Shown: positions 57,528 to 64,000 of the stretch, piece by piece
How the letters are laid out: every line of letters begins with the position of its first letter
Numbering within the stretch: position 1 is the stretch's first letter
Assembly (NCBI GenBank): GCA_026195275.1
Contig: JAPHQU010000001.1
Span: 77,712-141,711 of the forward strand
From: Minisyncoccota bacterium
Lineage (GTDB): Bacteria; Patescibacteriota; Minisyncoccia; Phycocordibacterales; JABMNX01
Length of the DNA stretch: 64,000 nt
Reading direction: 5' to 3'
Program-made: the position numbers and the translations under genes
The notes under the pieces: model-generated
Seen by the model: only the letters and a program-made list of their open reading frames with translations
Database searches by the model: none
What the model was told of the DNA's origin: nothing

Positions 57528-59057
57528 ATGTCATTAAAAGTAATACTTGTTCTGCTCATCCTTGCAGGACTCTTCGGTACCGCCTTTGGGTACTTCCTCC
57601 GGTGGATCATCTCCCTCGGAAAACGCGGCTCGATGGAGCTCGAGATCAAGCAAATGATGCTCGAGGCTCGCGAAGAGGCAAAGCAAATCGTCCAAGATGC
57701 GGAGACCAAGGCCGAAGAAACAAAAAAACAACTCCACAGTGAGTCAAAAGAGAAAGAATCGCAGCTGAAGCGAACAGAAGACCGCCTTGTGAAGAAGGAG
57801 GAGCTTTTGGATAAGCGTCAGGGCGATATCGACGCTGATGTAGAGGGTCTTAAGCAGAAAATTGAGGAGGTTCGCGCACTCAAAGAGCGTGCAAACACAC
57901 TCATCGAGGAGCGCGAAGCGGCACTTGAGAAAACATTGCACCTGAGCCAAACAGAGGCGAAGACTGAGCTCTTTAACCTGCTTGAGAAACAGCACGAGGA
58001 GGATATCCTTGTGCGTCTGCAAAAGCTCGAGATCTCCGGCAAGGAACGACTCGACCGAAAAGCGAAGGATATCCTCACCACCTCGATCCATCGTCTCGGC
58101 AACTCGGTGATCGACGATATTATGGCGACCTCGATCCAGATCCCGTCTGACGAGGTGAAAGGAAAGATTATCGGTAAGGAAGGGCGCAACATTAAAGCGT
58201 TTGAACGTGCGACCGGTGTTGACGTTATCATTGACGATACGCCAAACATGATCACCATCTCATCGTTTGACCCGGTACGCCGCCATATTGCGTGCATTGC
58301 CCTTGAAAACCTCATCACCGATGGACGTATCCAACCAGCAAAAATTGAGGAACTCGTCGGTAAAGCAAAAGACGAGGTGAATAAAACGATAAAAGAGAAG
58401 GGTGAGCAGGCCGCCTACGAAGCAGGTGTGCACAACCTCGACCCGCGCGTAATCGCGATTCTCGGCCGACTCCACTTCCGCACCAGTTACGGTCAGAATG
58501 TGCTCTACCACTCGGTTGAGATGGCACACATCGCCGGTATGCTTGCCGAGGAACTCGGCGCAGACCCGTATGTCGCTCGTGCGGGGGCACTTCTACACGA
58601 CCTTGGTAAAGCGGTCGACCACGAGGTGCAAGGCACACACGTTGAGATTGGTCGGCGTATTCTCCAGAAATTCGGCGTTGATGAAGCAATCGTTAAAGCA
58701 ATGCAGGCACACCACGAAGAATACCCGTACGACACACCCGAATCGATCATCGTGCAGGTAGCCGACGCTATCTCAGGCGGACGCCCCGGGGCACGACGCG
58801 ACAGCGTTGAAAACTACATCCAGCGCCTTGAAGACCTTGAAGCTATTGCAAACGGGTTTCCCGGCGTTGATAAGAGTTACGCAATCCAAGCAGGTCGTGA
58901 GATCCGCGTGTTTGTAACACCAGAGAAGGTTTCTGACCTTGAAGCAAAGAAACTCGCGCGAAATATCGCGCTCCAGATTGAGAATGAGCTGAAATACCCC
59001 GGCGAGATCAAGGTAAATGTGATCCGCGAGTCTCGCTCGATCGAGATGGCGCGGTAG
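57528..59057 (+). CDS. rny: ribonuclease Y
   Basis: N-terminal TM helix, coiled coil, KH domain, HD domain (LLHDLGK). Confidence 0.9.
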   Translation: MSLKVILVLLILAGLFGTAFGYFLRWIISLGKRGSMELEIKQMMLEAREEAKQIVQDAETKAEETKKQLHSESKEKESQLKRTEDRLVKKEELLDKRQGDIDADVEGLKQKIEEVRALKERANTLIEEREAALEKTLHLSQTEAKTELFNLLEKQHEEDILVRLQKLEISGKERLDRKAKDILTTSIHRLGNSVIDDIMATSIQIPSDEVKGKIIGKEGRNIKAFERATGVDVIIDDTPNMITISSFDPVRRHIACIALENLITDGRIQPAKIEELVGKAKDEVNKTIKEKGEQAAYEAGVHNLDPRVIAILGRLHFRTSYGQNVLYHSVEMAHIAGMLAEELGADPYVARAGALLHDLGKAVDHEVQGTHVEIGRRILQKFGVDEAIVKAMQAHHEEYPYDTPESIIVQVADAISGGRPGARRDSVENYIQRLEDLEAIANGFPGVDKSYAIQAGREIRVFVTPEKVSDLEAKKLARNIALQIENELKYPGEIKVNVIRESRSIEMAR

Positions 59058-59131
59058 TGCGACACCCTTGCGCTACCACACCAGGGCGTGTATGTTTGGT
59101 TCAGGAGAAGTGTTCCAGGAAGGAGTGTGCG

Positions 59132-59407
59132 ATGTTTTACGCAACTGTTTTTGCGCTCATACCACGCCCCCGATACATGTTTTGGCTCGGATGGCACATC
59201 GGTTGGTCATATGCCGGCCTGTATGACTGGCTCAAGAAAAAGACTATCGCCTATTATCGGTCTCAGCTCATGAAGCTCGATACAGGCTTCATGATAAGTG
59301 AGGCGGGGCGTGAACTTATTCGCAAACGCAACGAAGCCCGCGAAAGAGGCATCGACCCGATGAGTTCTGAATATCCGGGACTCGATGATGTTCTCAAGCG
59401 GCCGTGA
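59132..59407 (+). CDS. hypothetical small membrane protein (91 aa)
   Basis: ATG 59132 with RBS GGAAGGAG; track ORF 59057..59407 begins without RBS directly at rny stop. Confidence 0.45.
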   Translation: MFYATVFALIPRPRYMFWLGWHIGWSYAGLYDWLKKKTIAYYRSQLMKLDTGFMISEAGRELIRKRNEARERGIDPMSSEYPGLDDVLKRP

Positions 59408-59420
59408 GACGAGCATCTTC

Positions 59421-59458
59421 AAACCGCGCCAAGCTGAGCTTGGCGCGGTTTTTTGTTG
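59421..59458 (+). terminator. intrinsic terminator AAACCGCGCCAAGC-TGAG-CTTGGCGCGGTTT + TTTTG
   Basis: 14-bp perfect stem. Confidence 0.6.
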
Positions 59459-59637
59459 CCGTCGTGCTAGTTTCCATGAAAAAATTGACAATCCACCGAA
59501 AAATATCGCTAAAATACTTGTCCCCCACGGGATATTGCGCTTAAAATCATGCTCTGTATAATGTGAACAGTAATTTCGCAGTGCAGAATATAGGTTTTGT
59601 GCTGGTTATGACAATTATTAAGTTATAAATATTTGCT

Positions 59638-59910
59638 ATGAACAAAGCAGCTATCGTTGAAAAGGTACACGAAGTGCTCGGCGGAACAAAAGCTGACGCA
59701 GAGCGCGCAGTGGACACTGTTGTAGACAGTATTGTTGACGGACTTAAGGGAGGCCAGGAGGTCTCAATCGCAGGACTCGGAATCTTCGAGGCAAAGATGC
59801 GAAGCGCACGAACCGGACGTAACCCACGCACCGGTGAGAGCATTCAGATCCCTGCAATGCGCGTACCAAAGTTCCGCGCAGCAAAGGCGCTCAAGGACGC
59901 GGTTAAGTAA
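59638..59910 (+). CDS. hup: DNA-binding protein HU
   Basis: MNKAAIVEKV...AGLGIFEAKMRSARTGRNPRTGESIQIPAMRVPKFRAAKALKDAV typical HU. Confidence 0.9.
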   Translation: MNKAAIVEKVHEVLGGTKADAERAVDTVVDSIVDGLKGGQEVSIAGLGIFEAKMRSARTGRNPRTGESIQIPAMRVPKFRAAKALKDAVK

Positions 59911-59930
59911 TAACTGTTTCCCCACTATAC

Positions 59931-59964
59931 AAAAACACCCGGCGTATGCCGGGTGTTTTTGTAT
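59931..59964 (+). terminator. intrinsic terminator AAAAACACCCGGC-GTAT-GCCGGGTGTTTTT
   Basis: 13-bp perfect stem after hup. Confidence 0.6.
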
Positions 59965-60109
59965 TAGGTAAAGAACAGCTTATTGGAAACACGCGCATTT
60001 AATATCTGTGATTCTTGGAGTTCGCTGGGCGTCAGGTTTCTAAGCTCACCGTTCGCACTTCGTGCTCCGCTTCACAATCGAGCGCGAAAGCAAAATAGTT
60101 TGCTTTCTA

Positions 60110-60147
60110 ACAACAAACACCGCCTCGAGGAGGCGGTGTTTGTTGTT
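60110..60147. terminator. bidirectional terminator, palindrome AACAAACACCGCCTCGAGGAGGCGGTGTTTGTT
   Basis: 15-bp stem just downstream (minus sense) of tRNA-Gly. Confidence 0.5.
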
Positions 60148-60156
60148 ACTCGATTG

Positions 60157-60227
60157 TGCGGGTGGGGGTAATCGAAACCCCGACTACTGCTTGGAAGGCA
60201 GTCATTTTACCACTAAACTACACCCGC
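60157..60227 (-). tRNA. tRNA-Gly (anticodon UCC)
   Basis: revcomp GCGGGTG-TA-GTTT-AGTGGTA-AAAT-G-ACTGC-CTTCCAA-GCAGT-AGTC-GGGGT-TTCGATT-ACCCC-CACCCGC-A; perfect 7-bp acceptor, anticodon loop CUUCCAA. Confidence 0.8.
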
Positions 60228-60253
60228 AGAACGCTATGTATCCTACCAGAAAC

Positions 60254-60284
60254 ACAAAACCCCCGCAATGCGGGGGTTTTGTAA
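60254..60284. terminator. hairpin AAAACCCCCGC-AAT-GCGGGGGTTTT (bidirectional terminator)
   Basis: 11-bp stem with flanking A/T tracts. Confidence 0.5.
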
Positions 60285-60607
60285 GAAGCGGGTGAAACTA
60301 CTCAGTTGCAGCTTCCTCGGTTGCCTCCTCAGTTGAGGTTGCCTCCTCAGTCGCTGGAGTCTCGGGCATTGCTGCTCCCTCCTCCATGTTTTCTCCGTCG
60401 AATACGAATGTCATGATGAGTCTTTGTTGTTAGCCCCAGAAGTCCTTTTAAGACCTCCAAAGCGCTGTTAAACAAAAAGCTGGGCTATACCCAAGCTATG
60501 ACGAATAGTATACACGAGCACCATTGTTTGTCAATACCCGACCATATTCTCTACATATTGTCAAAAAATTCAAATATGGCGGACATTCTTGCTATACTAA
60601 GGATGCT

Positions 60608-61795
60608 ATGCCACTTTTCCCACTCATCCAGGTCATTGTAAGCCGTGTTGTTATTGGTATCATCGCAATCCTCGCCACACTTGGACTCGGATCGGTTTCT
60701 GAACCAATCGCCACAAACACCACGAATCAAACCGACGCACCTCAGGAAGTGGCCACTGAAGAGCCTGAGGCACCTCAGGAGGCCGAGAAGGATCCACAGA
60801 AGACGGTTGAGACTCCTGAAGAGCCTACTGCGAAAGAAGGGACCCCAACCACTACCCCACTTGAGACCGTGCAGGGACTCACAGAAGAGCCGGATGAAGC
60901 AATAATTACAGAAACCGCAACCTCGACCCACAAAGAGCCGCTCACTTTCGCAGAGATTAACACCAACACCACAGAAGCACTGGTTAACATCCTCTGCTCG
61001 CAAAATGTTGCAACAGCAGTAACGCCGATCACCGGAAGCGGTGTCATTATCGACCCGCGCGGAGTGATCATCACCAACGCACATGTCGCTCAGTTCTTTC
61101 TGCTTAAAGACTACCCCGTCGAAGACGCACTCTCGTGCATCATCCGCACCGGAAGCCCCGCACGCCCCATGTACACCGCAGAGCTTCTTTACATACCGCC
61201 AATCTGGATCTCAGAGCACGCCGAGGACATTACCGATAGCGAGCCGACTGGGACCGGCGAGAATGACTATGCTTTCTTGCGCATTACCGGCCGCACCAGC
61301 CCTGATGCAGGAGGCCTCCCCACCTCGTCCTCTTACTTACCAATGGATGCCGAAGCAACGATCGAGACAGGTGCACCAGTGCTTGTAGCAGGGTATCCTG
61401 CAGGCTTCCTTGGCGGTATCTCCGTCCAAAAAGACCTCTACTCAGTCTCGAGCATCACAACAATTGGGGAGCGCTTTACTTTTAACACAAACACAATAGA
61501 TCTCTTCTCGACCGGCGGCACTGTTGTCTCGCAAGGCGGCTCTTCCGGTGGTGCGGTCGTCTCAGCAAAGGAGAAGCTCGTCGGTGTTATCGTAACCAGC
61601 ACTAATGGCGACACGACCGCCGAACGTGACCTGCGCGCGATCAGTGTTGGACACATCAACCGCAGCCTTTTTGAGTACAGCAACACCACAATAGATGCGC
61701 TTCTCTTCGGAGATGTAGCACTTCGTGCCCGCCTCTTCAATATCGGCACCGCGCCGGCGCTGACCGATATCTTGGTGAACTCACTCAATAATTGA
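60608..61795 (+). CDS. trypsin-like (S1/S1C) serine protease with N-terminal TM anchor and Pro/Thr/Glu-rich linker
   Basis: ATG 60608 with RBS AAGGA; catalytic triad contexts TNAHV, NDYAFLRI, GGSSGGAVV. Confidence 0.75.
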   Translation: MPLFPLIQVIVSRVVIGIIAILATLGLGSVSEPIATNTTNQTDAPQEVATEEPEAPQEAEKDPQKTVETPEEPTAKEGTPTTTPLETVQGLTEEPDEAIITETATSTHKEPLTFAEINTNTTEALVNILCSQNVATAVTPITGSGVIIDPRGVIITNAHVAQFFLLKDYPVEDALSCIIRTGSPARPMYTAELLYIPPIWISEHAEDITDSEPTGTGENDYAFLRITGRTSPDAGGLPTSSSYLPMDAEATIETGAPVLVAGYPAGFLGGISVQKDLYSVSSITTIGERFTFNTNTIDLFSTGGTVVSQGGSSGGAVVSAKEKLVGVIVTSTNGDTTAERDLRAISVGHINRSLFEYSNTTIDALLFGDVALRARLFNIGTAPALTDILVNSLNN

Positions 61796-61926
61796 AAAAG
61801 CGCACTGAGACACCTTTGAAGAAGAAACAAAAATGAAGAAGTGTGCTACGCGCTATTTATTATTTCGAGTAAGTCTGCTTTAGCAGACTATCTTACACTG
61901 CATGTTTGTGTTGTCTTGCTTCTGTC

Positions 61927-63006
61927 CTACTTCGCAACAAACACGGTCTGTGTTGGGTAGGCAAACTTGATCTTTTCTTTACCAAATCGTGTGAAGAGCT
62001 TGAGGAGGATCTCCTGTTGAGTATCCATGAATGCCGTATAGTCGCTCGTCGGCACATAGTAGACCACGTCGAAGTCTATCGATGAGTCAGCAAGTTTTGC
62101 GAGATGAACTCGATCAAGACGCGCCCTACTTTCCCCCACGCCTTCTAATATCTCGCGCACTATACCGGGAATCTTCTCAAGGACTGCAGGTTTTGTGTCA
62201 TATACTACCCCAAAAGAAAATGTTGCTCGACGCTCTTCTAGCTTTTTCATGTTTTGTACGCGTGCTGAGGTGAGCTCTTTGTTTGAAATGACAATCTCCT
62301 CACCCTGGAGCGCGCGCAGGCGCGTTGTTTTAATACCGATTCGCTCAACGGTACCTGAGTGGTTGCCGACGACAATGAAGTCCCCTACCTCAAACGGCTT
62401 ATCAAGGTAGATCGCAAATGAACTAAAGAGATCAGAGAGGATATTCTGCATCGCGAGCGCAACTGCGATACCACCAATACCAAGCCCGGCAATGAGTGAG
62501 GTTATGTTAATACCGAGGTTTGAGAGCACCGCAAGTATGGCGACCACCCAGAGACCCCATTTGATAAAGTTGCTCAAGAAGCGATACGCATTTTGCACGT
62601 CTTTCCCCTCTTTCTCTGCACGTTTCGCGAAAGTGTACTCAACGAGTATATGGAGTGCGACGACCACCTGGTAGGCGATGACAATGAGGAATATTGTGTC
62701 AACAACTTTCGACACCGCACCTGAGAGCACCAGGTATTGGAGTCCGACCCAAAGCCCGATGACGTAATAGAACGCCGGCTTGAGGCTCCGCACAACCCGG
62801 ATGAGCGTGTCGTCGATGTCGGTCTTTGTCTTCTCGGCGAACGAAGCGAGTCGGCGAAGCACTATCCCCTGCACCACCTTGAGCGCCACAATCGCAAGTA
62901 CCGCAACCACAAATGCGACCACATAGTCTTGCACTGTATTTCCAAAGATAATCGTGAACCGGTTTACTGGTTCATTAAGAAGTATTGAGATGTTCATGTG
63001 TGTCAT
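61927..63006 (-). CDS. mscS: mechanosensitive ion channel, MscS family
   Basis: 3 N-terminal TM helices + MscS beta-domain; ATG 63006 (track ORF starts TTG 63018). Confidence 0.8.
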   Translation of the reverse strand: MTHMNISILLNEPVNRFTIIFGNTVQDYVVAFVVAVLAIVALKVVQGIVLRRLASFAEKTKTDIDDTLIRVVRSLKPAFYYVIGLWVGLQYLVLSGAVSKVVDTIFLIVIAYQVVVALHILVEYTFAKRAEKEGKDVQNAYRFLSNFIKWGLWVVAILAVLSNLGINITSLIAGLGIGGIAVALAMQNILSDLFSSFAIYLDKPFEVGDFIVVGNHSGTVERIGIKTTRLRALQGEEIVISNKELTSARVQNMKKLEERRATFSFGVVYDTKPAVLEKIPGIVREILEGVGESRARLDRVHLAKLADSSIDFDVVYYVPTSDYTAFMDTQQEILLKLFTRFGKEKIKFAYPTQTVFVAK

Positions 63007-63019
63007 TGTAGCAAACAAA

Positions 63020-63052
63020 AAAGAAGCGACAAATGCCGCTTCTTTTTTGTTT
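63020..63052. terminator. hairpin AAGAAGCG-ACAAATGC-CGCTTCTT flanked by A/T tracts
   Basis: between mscS start and tRNA-Pro-derived repeat. Confidence 0.45.
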
Positions 63053-63058
63053 TATTCG

Positions 63059-63075
63059 TCGGGGAGCCGGAATCG
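63059..63075 (-). repeat. 17-nt direct repeat of tRNA-Pro 3' end (TCGGGGAGCCGG-AATCG), att-like scar
   Basis: 17/18 identical to 63242..63259, located 183 bp downstream (tRNA sense) of intact tRNA. Confidence 0.5.
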
Positions 63076-63241
63076 GTCACGAGTTGCTAGAGATTGTTCA
63101 GAGCAGAGCTCATCAAATCCCAAGCACTCTCGACCCCGCCTCACTGTTGCTCGTGCCTCGCAACATGTTCCGGCTTTCGATTCTCGACAGAAGCAAAGCA
63201 GTTTGCTTCCTGCTCCCCCCACTCCGCGCAAAGCGCTACGT

Positions 63242-63312
63242 TCGGGGAGCCGGGAATCGAACCCGGGCCGCTCGGTCCCAAACCGAGTACACTACCATTA
63301 TGCTACACCCCG
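63242..63312 (-). tRNA. tRNA-Pro (anticodon UGG), C1-G72
   Basis: revcomp CGGGGTG-TA-GCAT-AATGGTA-GTGT-A-CTCGG-TTTGGGA-CCGAG-CGGC-CCGGG-TTCGATT-CCCGG-CTCCCCG-A; C1:G72 typical of tRNA-Pro; one U-U in acceptor and G-U-rich D stem lower confidence. Confidence 0.65.
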
Positions 63313-63422
63313 CTATTTAGTTTTAGACCGTCAATAAAAAGCTCTCCCTTGACTGCAAAATCATACCATAAAGCACTATAATATCCAGCGTGTATATCTC
63401 TAAAGGACACATAAAGGACATT

Positions 63423-63893
63423 CTAAAGGACAACATTTTCGATATATCGACACTTCGCTTCCCTCCTCTTTTCATCCAAAAAGACAACGAGTACATCAAA
63501 CTGCCATTCGCCCTCATATTTCTTCTCCAAAAGATACGTCTGGATCACCCGCGACATGCGTTTGAGCTTCTGCGGGTGCACCTTTTCTTCCGGCTGGTAC
63601 CCGTCGAGTGTTTCAGGTGAAACGCTCCGGATACCGGGAAATGCCGTGGTTTTAACCTCTACAAAGTACAATCTCCCCTGCTTTTTAGCCACAATGTCTA
63701 TCTCACCCCATTTGCGCCAGTGGTTCCGCTCCACGATCTTAAACCCACGTTTCATGAGAAACGTACACGCGACATTCTCACCAATTCGCCCAATCCGCTG
63801 ATTTTCAGTCTCATTTGCTCCTACTTGTTTCATGCGAAACAAATCCTTCATAAACTCTTTTATTTCAATCAAGATATCCATAGTGTTTCCCAT
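63423..63893 (-). CDS. YraN-family (UPF0102) endonuclease-like protein
   Basis: GENVACTFLMKRGFKIVERNHWRKWGEIDIVAKKQGRLYFVEVKT matches YraN core. Confidence 0.6.
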   Translation of the reverse strand: MGNTMDILIEIKEFMKDLFRMKQVGANETENQRIGRIGENVACTFLMKRGFKIVERNHWRKWGEIDIVAKKQGRLYFVEVKTTAFPGIRSVSPETLDGYQPEEKVHPQKLKRMSRVIQTYLLEKKYEGEWQFDVLVVFLDEKRREAKCRYIENVVL

Positions 63894-64000
63894 GAAACCT
63901 CTCCCCGAAGTTTATCACCGAATTTTGGGTAAGTGGGTAGTTACAGCATTTACGCCTTAAAATCTGTTTATAAAGATTTATAAGTAGATTTTAGGGAATA

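Overview
This 64-kb window looks like the core housekeeping neighbourhood of a small-genome bacterium, probably CPR/Patescibacteria-like, and the bacterial lineage is an inference. The evidence for that is that L30 is absent between rpsE and rplO, there is no rpmJ or infA after secY, S14 is the Zn-ribbon type Z, and many mRNAs appear leaderless. Roughly 70 CDS are supported. From 34.1 kb down to 15.5 kb on the minus strand runs an almost complete str/S10/spc ribosomal super-operon (rpsL-rpsG-fusA | tuf | rpsJ | rplC-D-W-B | orf | rpsS-rplV-rpsC-rplP-rpmC-rpsQ-rplN-rplX-rplE | structured insert | rpsN-rpsH-rplF-rplR-rpsE-rplO-secY | adk-map | ndk). It is unusually interrupted by intrinsic terminators and inserted elements. 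Other genes include a sensor kinase, recG, ftsH, smpB followed by a clearly recognisable tmRNA (ssrA), infC-rpmI-rplT, a beta-CASP RNase, a rhodanese, an AI-2E transporter, an M50 protease, rpmB, sod, rnhA, recJ, a HIT protein, pgk, tpiA, nusA, ppa, tig, clpP, rny, hup, a trypsin-like protease, mscS and a YraN-like nuclease. There is also a DNA-uptake tool kit: a ComEC split into separate channel and MBL genes, plus a pilB-pilC operon with two prepilins. Three tRNAs are present: Ile-UAU-like, Gly-UCC and Pro-UGG. Points worth a second look:
- A ~65-nt three-helix structured RNA element is present in three copies, always directly upstream of a ribosomal protein gene (rpsN twice, rpmB once).
- Repeated 3'-end duplications occur next to clpP and next to two tRNAs, which look like decayed site-specific integration scars. 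One scar still carries an unknown 177-aa cargo gene bounded by 23-bp palindromes.
- A gene and a terminator are inserted between rplB and rpsS.
- Several small peptide genes each have their own RBS and terminator.
- A recurring AACTTT-repeat/TATACT leaderless promoter architecture recurs upstream of several genes.
No CRISPR array, rRNA or intact mobile element was seen.
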